This document shows, piece by piece, positions 10,647-20,462 of a stretch of DNA of 64,000 nt (the stretch's first letter is position 1; every line of letters begins with the position of its first letter). The position numbers were made by a program, and so were the translations under genes. A model generated the notes under the pieces. The model saw nothing but the letters and a program-made list of their open reading frames with translations. It did not search any database and had not been told where the DNA came from. Source of the stretch: an uncultured Methanosarcinaceae archaeon (lineage in GTDB: Archaea; Halobacteriota; Methanosarcinia; Methanosarcinales; Methanosarcinaceae); contig CAWJYV010000004.1 of assembly GCA_963847185.1 (NCBI GenBank), positions 32,001 through 96,000 on the forward strand. Direction: 5' to 3'.

Positions 10647-10829
10647 ATGATCTGGGAATACGATGTAAAAGAAATAAGATTCAATGAGTGGTCAAACACA
10701 AAAGAAGATCTTAATAATCTTGGAGTTGAAGGCTGGGAGCTCATCAAGTTTGTTGACGAGATCGATGAAAACGGTATGATTACAGCTGTTTTTAAGAGAC
10801 CTGTTGATTACGTCGATGCTGCTTTCTAA
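10647..10829 (+). CDS. DUF4177-like small protein
   Basis: MIWEYDVK...LNNLGVEGWELI...AVFKRP pattern; GGAG SD before ATG 10647. Confidence 0.8.
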   Translation: MIWEYDVKEIRFNEWSNTKEDLNNLGVEGWELIKFVDEIDENGMITAVFKRPVDYVDAAF

Positions 10830-11504
10830 ACTGTCTTTTCTATTCTTTTTCGAATTATTGTTTCCTACTTATTTTTTGAGCTTATTGTTTTCAGTTAAGC
10901 ATTTCCTTTTTATTGCATTTTATACTGGAAATTGTTTCTATTGTTGATTATAATTTTTCGGCTTTATAACTCAAGTTTGGCAGAGAATACCAATTAGTAC
11001 AGTATTCCTACATAAAAAACGCATTGTATAGAGACCGGAAATATTGGGAAAATGAAAACTGTCAACAATCAAAAGATGTATGATAAAATTTTGAATTGTC
11101 TGAAGAAAAAAGAAGCATGAAGCTCATTTGTATCTTCTATAATTTATGCTTCTATCAAATTAAGGATGCAAATTCATAATTTTGTGATAGGCATCCTCAG
11201 AAAATCGTATATGGATATAATAATAATTATATTTTTAATGTATTATTAAGACAAAATATTATATATCAGAAGATATAACCTTATAAATGTTAAATTTAAT
11301 TTCAATAGTTGATTGAAAAACAATGTTCCCATCCACATTAGTTATTAAAATACGACAAACCCCACTAATGTGTCTGAACACAAAAAACTAAACACCGAGG
11401 ATTGAGAAATAAAAGAGACAGTTTTATATTTTATCCCATTTCTGTGTTGAAACAAAAAAGAGAAATCAATGAAACAAACCCAATAGATACGCTTACAGAT
11501 TTGG

Positions 11505-11559
11505 GATCAAATCCAGATCAAATTCCAGATTAAATTCCAGATTAAATTCCAGATCAAAT
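11505..11559. repeat. 12-bp tandem repeat (AAATTCCAGATY), ~4.5 copies
   Basis: Direct reading. Confidence 0.8.
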
Positions 11560-11653
11560 AGGTAAATGTTCCTATTTAATTATAAAATAATTGAGTCCTT
11601 ATCAAACAAAACCTTCAATTCAGCTAAATAAAAAATCATACTGAGGTAATAAC

Positions 11654-12109
11654 ATAAACAGTGACACTCCCCAGGATAAAAACATAGATGAAGATGAAAC
11701 CTTTAATGGAGAATGCCCTGCCATTCCGTCTATTCCCCTCCCAAATACGGATAACGAAATTTTTTTAATCTTGAATACCCTGAACCAGAATGTTGCAGAC
11801 TTTTACACTTTTATGAAGTTCACATCCTATCTGTCCGATTCCTATCTTAATATTGAGTTGCTTAAAAGGAGCATGAGCATCCATAGAGATTTTGCAGTTC
11901 TGTTCCTCCATACCAAAGAAGATCTGGTATTTACTTATCCCGAATTTTTGGAAAAAACAGAAAAGTTGTTGTTTAAAGGAGAAGCAGGCACAAACTGCAT
12001 AAACTACACTAACAAATTATGCAAAGCACTTAGAGACTATAAAATAGCCCTGTACAGAGAAGGATATTTGCCGAACCTGAGAAAGCAGTTTCTTTTAGTC
12101 AATCTATGA
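11654..12109 (+). CDS. Hypothetical protein; start uncertain (ATA 11654 or TTG 11771)
   Basis: Frame open from 11645; GAGGT SD sits before ATA 11654. Confidence 0.5.
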   Translation: MNSDTPQDKNIDEDETFNGECPAIPSIPLPNTDNEIFLILNTLNQNVADFYTFMKFTSYLSDSYLNIELLKRSMSIHRDFAVLFLHTKEDLVFTYPEFLEKTEKLLFKGEAGTNCINYTNKLCKALRDYKIALYREGYLPNLRKQFLLVNL

Positions 12110-13339
12110 TCTCTGGCAAACTACTTCTTTTAAATATTTTAATTTTTAAAGATGAAGAGAATAAGAGAATAATACTAAATTAAATATTTGTATTCAGCAT
12201 ATCCAAAAAGTGGTTACCTGCTATAAATTTTACAATCTGTAATATACAAAACCGGAACGGAGACTCTGAGATAATCAGAAATAGAAGTTGAATTTCGAAT
12301 AAATTCGCTTTTTGGCGAATATTTTACTCAAATTTTAAATGCCTATCAATGATAAGGAAATATTATTCCATTATTTTTATATAATTTATTATTATAATAA
12401 ATTATATATTAACGAGAATTAACTCTAAATTTGTATCATTCCAGATGGAAATGAAAACTATAGTAATTCCAAGGAGAGTTTCCATGAGCCTAAATCGCTC
12501 AGCAGGATTAACTATAGGAATCAATATGAATATACCCCCATTAATAACCGAGCCCGAAAGAATGACTGAGTATAAAATAAAGAGTATCATAGCCGTCTTT
12601 TCAAGGCCAGAAAGACAATTCTGGTGAATTATCTCATTTGAATTGATGACTATGTATTTTTCTTTTATGCTACTTAGCCTTTTATAGATATAATTCAGTT
12701 TTGAAGAATAATTATAATATCATGAAGTTTAGATCTCGAAAGAGTAATGAACGAGTGATACAACTTTTTTTAACTAAATGTGTATATTTTGAGCCCTTAA
12801 ATTGGTTCTAATTTAAAAAAAGGGTTTATTGATCTTGTGAAAGTCTCATTTATGTTATTCAGGTCTTTTTTTTGCATAAAAGCTTGAATTATGGACTAAA
12901 AATCCTTATTTTGGCGGATAGATTAATGGATTTAAATATGAGAATTAATATATAAGTAATCTTCCTTTTTAACGTTACCTTAGTCTAGTTTTTAAAAGAC
13001 TATTAATATTAAGTAAAAGTTATTCTATTCATTTTATATAATTATGAATTATATATTAGTTGTACTTCTGGCAGTTAAGTTAAATCTGTCTCTCCAAACA
13101 AAAGTAAGTAACCAGAAAAGTTTCTAGATGCTATTGCCAAGAGTAACTATAAATTTAAGGAGTAGATAAAAAAAATTGATTAGAGGATTGTATATCCAGT
13201 GTACTCGGAAAATTATACAGTCCATACTCGAATATTAAAAAGTTTATCTTCTCCTATTATGCAAAAAAGTAGAAAATACGAGTACGAATATAATAAGACA
13301 AAAAAATACAAACGTATAGTAAACATGGGGGTAAAATAA

Positions 13340-13555
13340 ATGTTCGGATTTGGTGGATTTGGTAGAGGACGTGGGTTTGATCGTGGATTTGGCTTTGGTG
13401 GAGGCTGCGGCGGCTTTGGAGGCTGCGGTGGCTTTGACGGTGGATGTGGCGGAGGCTGTGGCGGAGGCTTTTTTGGTGGCTGTCGTAGAAGAATAGGGCG
13501 TCGCTTTGGCTGTGGACGGGGCGGCTTTGACGGCGACTGGGATGGGCCATTTTAA
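13340..13555 (+). CDS. 71-aa Gly/Phe/Cys/Arg-rich small protein
   Basis: GGGGGT SD; GC-rich island in AT-rich DNA; GGCGG repeats. Confidence 0.75.
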   Translation: MFGFGGFGRGRGFDRGFGFGGGCGGFGGCGGFDGGCGGGCGGGFFGGCRRRIGRRFGCGRGGFDGDWDGPF

Positions 13556-13803
13556 TAACTACTGAGCCTGACAGAATTTGAGTATGAAAAGAAATATCTA
13601 TAGTCATCTCTTCAAGAGCTGAAGTTGAGATTCTGAGAAGTCATTTTTCTTGAAATGATGACCATCTTTTTTATTTTTCTATAGATCAACTATTAATCTT
13701 CTTTTGGGAGTATTTATTTAGTATGTATATCTTATTTAAATCAATATTTAGATTCCTATTAATTTCTTTTAGATGATTAGATTACCAACTATTTAAGGAA
13801 CTT

Positions 13804-13841
13804 ATACTATAAAACTTATGAAATACTATAAAACTTATGAA
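13804..13841. repeat. 19-bp perfect tandem duplication
   Basis: ATACTATAAAACTTATGAA x2 at the edge of the IS200 relic. Confidence 0.8.
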
Positions 13842-13844
13842 AGA

Positions 13845-14225
13845 TCACTTATCGAGTTTGATGCAATTGGCACTGATGGTGATCATGTCCATCTTTTTGT
13901 TGGAGTTGAGCCAGAATATTCTCCTTCCAAAGTAATGCAAATTATAAAAAGTATTATAGCAACAAATTTTTGAACATATATTGAGATCAAAAAACAGCTT
14001 TGAGAAGGGGAGTTTTAGAACGGCGGGAGTATATTGAAACTATATAAGATGTAACAACTTCCGACTTAATAAGGGACTACGCTGAAAATCAGGTAAATGA
14101 GGAAGAAAAAGAAGCATTGAACAAAGAAAGAAAGTAATTGACTTTTTACAATTCCATTACAACCGGAGCGCTGGCGCGAACATACCCGTTGCTTGCAGTG
14201 GGATGCGCCAGCGCAACTTTGATTT
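13845..14225 (+). mobile_element. tnpA: IS200/IS605-family tnpA pseudogene with right-end hairpin
   Basis: EFDAIGTDGDHVHLFVG (HUH motif), PSKVMQIIKS, then frameshifts; end hairpin GCGCTGGCGC...GCGCCAGCGC. Confidence 0.85.
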
Positions 14226-14239
14226 TTGAGGGTAGAAAT

Positions 14240-14758
14240 TTACCTTATAATTCTGTAAGTGTACACAAAGTCTCCACCAGCTTTTCCATCGTTATCACCA
14301 TCAAGAGCGATCCCCTGTTCGTCAATTATGAGTCCGGATCCTGTTTCGGTTCCAACCAAGGTGATTGTTATTTCAGCTCCTGACTCATCCATAGGATACT
14401 TCCCATAGGGACGGAACATCATAATTCTGGTTCCTGCATCCAGTAATCCTTCCACTGGCTCTGCTGATGCGGAACTTCTTATAATTACTGTTTCTTTTGT
14501 GATTGATGCAGCATTCATAGGTGTATTAAATTCGATCCAGATAGGTGAGTCGTATTTGAAAGCAAATGTCTGCCTGTCAGGATAAATGCACTTCACCTTC
14601 GGAGGAGTCTGTCCATGCTTTAGGTGGATAGGAAACGATTTAAAAACTGCTGGAAGTTGCCTGTTCTGCATATATTTTTTAAAAATATATACAATTGCAG
14701 CTCCTGCAAATGCACCCAGCAGGAAATCATACAGGTCATTTGTTTTGCGCAATTTCAT
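14240..14758 (-). CDS. Membrane-anchored Ig-like (Big_5-type) domain protein
   Basis: N-terminal TM; IWIEFNTPMNAASIT; LDGDNDGKAGGDF motif. Confidence 0.7.
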   Translation of the reverse strand: MKLRKTNDLYDFLLGAFAGAAIVYIFKKYMQNRQLPAVFKSFPIHLKHGQTPPKVKCIYPDRQTFAFKYDSPIWIEFNTPMNAASITKETVIIRSSASAEPVEGLLDAGTRIMMFRPYGKYPMDESGAEITITLVGTETGSGLIIDEQGIALDGDNDGKAGGDFVYTYRIIR

Positions 14759-14772
14759 ACCCTCCTTTCGTT

Positions 14773-15123
14773 TTATTCCACTGCGACTTTATGTCCGCTC
14801 TTTTTTGCAGAATGTTTCTTTAAAGCGTACATGGCTGTGGCCCCAATAAGTGCTCCCATCACTACTTTACCGAATCTCATTGAATACCCCTTACCTGACT
14901 TCAACTCTGGTTCTACTAATGCTTCTGATTCTACTGAAGCCTCTGGTTCTAATGTTTCGGGTTCAATTTCTCTTTGAGACTTTTCTGATTTGAGTCTTTC
15001 AAGGAGATATGCCCCTAGAATTAACTTTCCGTATTTAAGTAATCCTTTATTTTTTTCTGACCCCACTGACTTAATTTCATTTACAAGATATGCGCTCAGC
15101 AACACCTTACTATAAGTTCTCAT
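14773..15123 (-). CDS. Hypothetical protein, likely co-transcribed with 14240
   Basis: GGGGGTG SD; internal repeat Y[SG]K[VL][LI]L[SG]AYL; C-terminal GALIGATA helix. Confidence 0.65.
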   Translation of the reverse strand: MRTYSKVLLSAYLVNEIKSVGSEKNKGLLKYGKLILGAYLLERLKSEKSQREIEPETLEPEASVESEALVEPELKSGKGYSMRFGKVVMGALIGATAMYALKKHSAKKSGHKVAVE

Positions 15124-15483
15124 ATTTAGTACTCTTACACCCCCTTAATATTTTCCCTGACCAGAACATCCCCTTTATTATTCTTGTCCGGAAAGGAGAA
15201 TTATACTCCTGTACCTATACCTATATCTCACATATTATATAACTATATATAACGACAAATGCACAAGATAAAAAGTCAATTATTGGCAGATTTACAGGAA
15301 CTTTCAAGGAAAAACTAAGACTATTATGATTCTTTTTTCTTCACCCTTAGCCAAGCGTTGCAATTCCTTCTTATCACTAATAAAGAAAGCTGTAATTGCC
15401 CCTGTCAAAAAATACACCAAAGAGCAGTATTTTTACTTAGAACGCATAGTGTATCTGTGCAAATTATCCTTATTGCATGCTTT

Positions 15484-15598
15484 GGTCATTGGCATGAGTT
15501 GCCGAAAACCGTAAGCATAAGATTCTCTCTTAATTTATACATGACATGAAGATTATGTATGGATTTTCAGATTTAATCGATAACTCGGGGGCAAGAAC
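15484..15598. mobile_element. MITE family A, degenerate forward copy
   Basis: CATGAGTT...TAAGCATAAGATTCTCT...ATAACTCG. Confidence 0.6.
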
Positions 15599-15739
15599 TG
15601 TTTTTGAATTCGAATTTTTAGTATTGAGCTGAAAAGCGAAATCAAATTTTTCTCATAACAGTAAAATCTCTATAATAACTTCAATCAGCACTCCGTGTTT
15701 CAAAAAAGGATCTTTATCGGGAAGATATAAAGAAACAAA

Positions 15740-16060
15740 AAAAATACTGTAAAAACAGGCAAACCATTCTTTCTTATTGTAGAAATATACTCTCTAATTC
15801 TGCAGAAAGCTTGCACTCCCTGTGTTGTTCTGAAAGTTTCTGATATTTTCTGCAGCAGTTTCATCATCCTGATGTCTCTTTCCGCCTGATTATTCTCAAA
15901 TGGAACTTTCAAATCTGTAAGGAATCTCATGATCTTTTCCTAGTGTTCTATAAACCTGTCCAGTAGATTCCTTGCTTTGGTTTTTGGGTTCTTACCACGT
16001 ATTCCTTTCTTTTCAGGGTTTAGAGCCGGTGGATTTTCTTCAATTCCTTTTATGACTATA
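15740..16060 (-). mobile_element. IS66-family transposase C-terminal fragment
   Basis: [22 protein letters not shown]...[15 protein letters not shown]; upstream part interrupted by a stop. Confidence 0.85.
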
Positions 16061-16129
16061 GCAATCGAACCTTTCTTTTTCTACTCAATACTTCCTAAGA
16101 ATTGTGATCTTTCCGTTATATTGAAAGTA

Positions 16130-16335
16130 AGTCTGAACTCCATACCATGTGCTCGTATAAGCTCTGTTTTTCGAAGAATATCATGTACATCTTTTGTGTC
16201 TATACAAGCATGTTTTTACTCTCTGCTCACTTAGAATCACTGCCTATAAATCTTGTTGCTGCAGTGTGTCTGAATAAGTGTGGATGAAACCTTTTTGTAA
16301 TTCCTGTTATTTTTGCTGTCTTTTCCACAATATTA
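16130..16335 (-). pseudogene. Tyrosine recombinase/integrase fragment
   Basis: Manual translation IVEKTAKITGITKRFHPHLFRHTAATRF (HxxRH box at 16266-16286). Confidence 0.75.
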
Positions 16336-16344
16336 TTTCAGTCG

Positions 16345-16386
16345 AATACCGTTGCTTGCGGCGGGGTACGCCAGCACAACTTGAGT
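16345..16386. mobile_element. Solo IS200-type end motif
   Basis: GCTTGCGGCGGGGTACGCCAGCACAACTT, matching 14190-14222 and 58702-58735. Confidence 0.65.
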
Positions 16387-16457
16387 TTATATTTTTATGA
16401 TTGAGTTTTGCTTTATAGATAAAGTGACAAAGGAAGTAAAAAATAAGAGAAAACAGG

Positions 16458-17507
16458 TCAGTAATCGACCTGATCTGTTTCTTTTATCTTTTCCTTAAAC
16501 AGAGTATATACCCACAGCTGGTAGATGATGACCATGGGTATGAATACCAATGCTCCTCCCAACATGATGCTCAAGGTCATGTGGCTTGATGCTGCCTCAA
16601 AGATATCTATTCCGTATTCAAGAGAAACAGAGGATTTAAGCATGTAAGGATAGATACTTGCAAGCCCGCTTTGAACAACGAAAAGAAGTGCTAATAGATT
16701 GCTGCAAAAGGCCGGGAACCCCTTGTCCTTTGTTGCAAAGAACACAGCAAGGACAGCTGTCACTACACCAAGAACTGGCAATAAGTATAGAGCTGGCATA
16801 GCTGAATAGTTGGCTGTAAAACCTTCTATGCCCACAAAGGAGTATGCCAGATAGACCAGAGCAAGTACAAGTACAATAAGAGTGCTTTTCTTTGCCAGAT
16901 CACCTGCTCTTGCAGCTATGGCTCCTTCGGTCTTGACATTGATCCAGAGCGCACCTGAAGTAACACTTATAAGCACGAACAAGACACCGCCTATCAATGC
17001 ATACGGGCCAAAAAGTCCAAGAAGAGTACCATTATAAACTCCTCCTGAAGCGATTTCAAGCCCCTTGAAGAAGTTCGCAAATGCAACTCCCAAGACCAGA
17101 GAGATCAGCAGGCTTCCAACGAACCATCCCCACATAAGGGCCTTCTGTATCTGGAGATTATCATCTTTGTGGAGATATTCCACGGAAATACCCCTTGCGA
17201 CAAGGCCGATGAGCAGCAACATCATAGGAAGATACAGGAAAGTAAACATCTTCGAGAATACCAGAGGGAATGCAGCGAATGTTCCACCTGCAGCCAGGAT
17301 GAGCCATACCTCATTACCACCCCAGAAAGGACCCACAGCTCTCTGGATTTGTATCCTCTGCACCTTATCTGTGGCAATAAAGGGTGCCAAAAGGCCTGCT
17401 CCAAGGGAAAATGAGTCTACAATAAAGTAAATGCCCCATATTACACACCACAGGAAGAACCAGATAACAGCAAGCATATCATGAGTAAGGAAATCGAACA
17501 TCTTCAC
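16458..17507 (-). CDS. cydB: Cytochrome bd oxidase subunit II
   Basis: GPFWGGNEVWLILAAGGTFAAFP motif; overlaps the cydA stop. Confidence 0.93.
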   Translation of the reverse strand: MKMFDFLTHDMLAVIWFFLWCVIWGIYFIVDSFSLGAGLLAPFIATDKVQRIQIQRAVGPFWGGNEVWLILAAGGTFAAFPLVFSKMFTFLYLPMMLLLIGLVARGISVEYLHKDDNLQIQKALMWGWFVGSLLISLVLGVAFANFFKGLEIASGGVYNGTLLGLFGPYALIGGVLFVLISVTSGALWINVKTEGAIAARAGDLAKKSTLIVLVLALVYLAYSFVGIEGFTANYSAMPALYLLPVLGVVTAVLAVFFATKDKGFPAFCSNLLALLFVVQSGLASIYPYMLKSSVSLEYGIDIFEAASSHMTLSIMLGGALVFIPMVIIYQLWVYTLFKEKIKETDQVDY

Positions 17508-18820
17508 TCAACTCCTGTAGCATTGACTATGGTTTTCTTTATGAGGTATATCTCAAAGACCATCAGGATCAGATAGAATGCGCTGATAAGGACAACACTT
17601 AACAACACATCTGATGTGGGAACCAATGACAAACCATTAACTGTTTTTAGCAGCCCATATACCAGCCATGGCTGCCTTCCTACCTCAGCTACAATCCAGC
17701 CAGCAATGATAGCAATATATGGAAGAGGAATAGACCACATCAGCAGCTTCAGATACTTATCCGATGTGTACAGCTTGCCTGACTTTTGAAGATATGCGCC
17801 TAGAAGAGCCTCTATGATGAACAGGGATCCCAGAATTGTCATCAGCCTGAAGCTCCAGAATACCATTTCTACAGGTGGTAATTCCTCTTGAGGTAGCTGG
17901 TTAAGTCCTGTTATCGTTCCGCTGAAACTTCCTGTATACAGGAAACTTGCAAGGCCCGGAATTCCCAGCAGCTGAACACTATTGGAACCAGTGCCTGAAT
18001 AAGGTACCTGTATCAGATACATGGGCACTGAGGAACCCGTTTCCCATATCGCGTCCATTGCCGCTCCTTTAGCGGGCTGAAGCTCAGCAACATATTGTGC
18101 ATAACCGTGACCAAGAACTGGAAGCATGACTGCAGTTGCGAGTGCTATGGTAACTGCTATCCTGAAAGACTTCTTAAACGCTTCATTGTTGTTCCTTTTA
18201 AGGAAATGATACGCACAGATTCCCATGATCAGGAATGCAGTCAACAGGTAAGCTGAAAGCAGAGTATGTACCAGCATGTACCACACATAGCTGTTTGTAA
18301 GTAGAGCAAAGAAATCTGTCATAACCACCTTGCTCCCATCAGCAGTCATCTCATAGCCAACTGGATTCTGCATAAAACCATTAGCAGTGATAATCCATAA
18401 TGAAGATATGTTAGTACCCAGAGCGACCATCCAAATGGAAAATGCCTTTAGTTTCTGGCGGTTGCGGTCCAGAAATAGCCATGCACCAAAGAAAGTACCT
18501 TCAAGGAAGAAAGCCAATAATGCTTCCACCGCCAAGGGTGGTCCAAAGACATCTCCCATGAATTCTGCATAGGCACCCCAGTTCGTACCGAACTGAAAAG
18601 TCATTGCAAGACCTGTTACCAGACCTATTGCAAAGTTTATCTTGAATATTCTGCCCCAAAAATCGGCCATCTTCCGCCAAGTTTCATCTTTGTTCTTATA
18701 GTATACTGTTTCCAGGCCCGCCACAAAGAGTGCGAGTCCCAGTGTTAGTGGAACAAATAGGAAATGGAACACAACTGTTATGGCAAACTGAAGCCGGCTT
18801 AATAAAAGCAATTCAACCAT
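17504..18820 (-). CDS. cydA: Cytochrome bd oxidase subunit I
   Basis: SRLQFA..FHFLFVPLTLG, FQFGTNW, ANGFMQNP, QPAK, EVGRQPW. Confidence 0.95.
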   Translation of the reverse strand: MVELLLLSRLQFAITVVFHFLFVPLTLGLALFVAGLETVYYKNKDETWRKMADFWGRIFKINFAIGLVTGLAMTFQFGTNWGAYAEFMGDVFGPPLAVEALLAFFLEGTFFGAWLFLDRNRQKLKAFSIWMVALGTNISSLWIITANGFMQNPVGYEMTADGSKVVMTDFFALLTNSYVWYMLVHTLLSAYLLTAFLIMGICAYHFLKRNNNEAFKKSFRIAVTIALATAVMLPVLGHGYAQYVAELQPAKGAAMDAIWETGSSVPMYLIQVPYSGTGSNSVQLLGIPGLASFLYTGSFSGTITGLNQLPQEELPPVEMVFWSFRLMTILGSLFIIEALLGAYLQKSGKLYTSDKYLKLLMWSIPLPYIAIIAGWIVAEVGRQPWLVYGLLKTVNGLSLVPTSDVLLSVVLISAFYLILMVFEIYLIKKTIVNATGVE

Positions 18821-19143
18821 TCATTATCCCTCGTTTTTTCTTATGTTAGGCAATTATGACCCGGAAAAGGTTCTTTCCGAGTACACGATAAATTCGTACA
18901 TAACAATAATGGAAGGAACAATGTCCGTGGAGATTATATTTCCATGAACCATTGCACAAGATCAATATTTGCGCTGGAGCACGTTGATATGTATTCCATC
19001 AGGGCTTGCAGATTATCTTCACGCTCAATTCCGTCATCGTGAAACACATTGATATGTGTCAACGGGTCTTTATTTGACCATCTAAAAGATATCCTGTTTT
19101 ACACTTGGAGAGCGCACTTTTTCCTTATTCTGCTCTGCTCAAG

Positions 19144-19560
19144 TTATATTTCCTCTTTGCACTTCTTACATATACCATAGAAGTTAGTGCTCGTTGAAAC
19201 AATAGTAAATCCTTCTATTTCCCCAGCTATCTTCATCGAGTAATCAAGCAATTGTTCCGAATTAAAATCCTCCATACTTCCACACTCTCTGCAGATGAGA
19301 TGATGATGTGGAATGAAATTCGCCTCAAATCTTGAGACCCCTTTTACATTCACCTCCTCCAGCAGTCCTTTCTCAGTAAGGAATTTGAGATTTTTATATA
19401 CGGTAGCCTTGCTTATACGCGTCAGTTTTTTTCTGACCCCATCATAGACTTCATCTACAGTTGGATGGCCATCATGTTCGCGCAGGAAAGCAAGTATTTC
19501 GACTCTTTGGTTCGTATATTTCATGTCAGCTTTCTCTGTGGTCTCCATTGCTATCAACAC
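19144..19560 (-). CDS. Fur/PerR-family regulator
   Basis: HPTVDEVY, ATVYKNL, HHHLICRECG, GICKKC. Confidence 0.9.
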   Translation of the reverse strand: MLIAMETTEKADMKYTNQRVEILAFLREHDGHPTVDEVYDGVRKKLTRISKATVYKNLKFLTEKGLLEEVNVKGVSRFEANFIPHHHLICRECGSMEDFNSEQLLDYSMKIAGEIEGFTIVSTSTNFYGICKKCKEEI

Positions 19561-19793
19561 AAGTTACCTGTGAAAGCAGGTTTATTAGATATACATGATA
19601 TCTATTACTAAATGATATTTATTATTATTTAATAATTACTATCTTATTCTTTATTTCTTTATTCAGAGATAACTTTTAATTTATCTGCATGGTTGAACTT
19701 ATTGCTTGATTTCTTTTCAAATGTTTAGCTTTTATACCATGACTCAAAGAAATTACATAAAGCAACACTAGAATGGTTTGAAAAGGAGAAACT

Positions 19794-20369
19794 ATGAAAT
19801 ACTTTATCACAAAAGACACGCCTGTTACGGAAGAGGCGCTTAATGTCATCGCCCATTTGCCCACGAAAAGTCTTCCTGCAATAGTTGAAGATAAATTCTT
19901 CGTTAAACTGAGCGACCGCAATATTATGCGTATAGCAGTTTTACTTGCGCAAAAAGGCTATGACGAGGACGGCTGCCCTATCGGTGGCGTCATCATTGAT
20001 AATAATACCCGCCGGATTGTTGGCAAAGGGCATAATATGCTTGTGCAGAACAATGACCCTTATAACCATGGTGAAACTTCGGCCATACATGATGCGGGAC
20101 GACAAGACTTCAGCAATACCACGATTTTCACAACGCTCAGCCCCTGTGACATTTGCGCCGCGTTAATATATATGCGTCAATTCGACCGCGTCGTCGTAGG
20201 TGATGTTACTAACGCCTCGGGCAATGAACAAATGCTGCGCGAGAAGGGTGTCAAAGCCGATATCCTTGAAGACCATGTAGGAATAGCATTATATGCAAAA
20301 TATCGAGCCGAAAAGCCGGAACTCGATATGGAAGACTGGAAAGGATTGGCTGCCGTTCGCAAGGCATGA
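19794..20369 (+). CDS. Zn-dependent nucleoside/cytosine deaminase
   Basis: HGE and PCDIC motifs, PIGG, GHN. Confidence 0.88.
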   Translation: MKYFITKDTPVTEEALNVIAHLPTKSLPAIVEDKFFVKLSDRNIMRIAVLLAQKGYDEDGCPIGGVIIDNNTRRIVGKGHNMLVQNNDPYNHGETSAIHDAGRQDFSNTTIFTTLSPCDICAALIYMRQFDRVVVGDVTNASGNEQMLREKGVKADILEDHVGIALYAKYRAEKPELDMEDWKGLAAVRKA

Positions 20370-20462
20370 AGGATCTCTTTCCTCACGTATCAGCATGTCA
20401 AAAGGAAAAGAGCTACTTCCGATCTCATTCAATTAATGCGTACCAATCTTATTTTTTGATCT

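Noticed and set aside
12402-12730. Hydrophobic 62-aa ORF
   Set aside because: Very AT-rich, no SD, upstream extension lacks a start; cannot be distinguished from chance or decay
16130-16335. Intact integrated element or provirus
   Set aside because: Only a short integrase fragment; no att repeats, tRNA or viral genes seen
18840-19140. Small ORF or desulfoferrodoxin/CydX-like gene between fur and cydA
   Set aside because: Only short frames without SD or recognisable motifs
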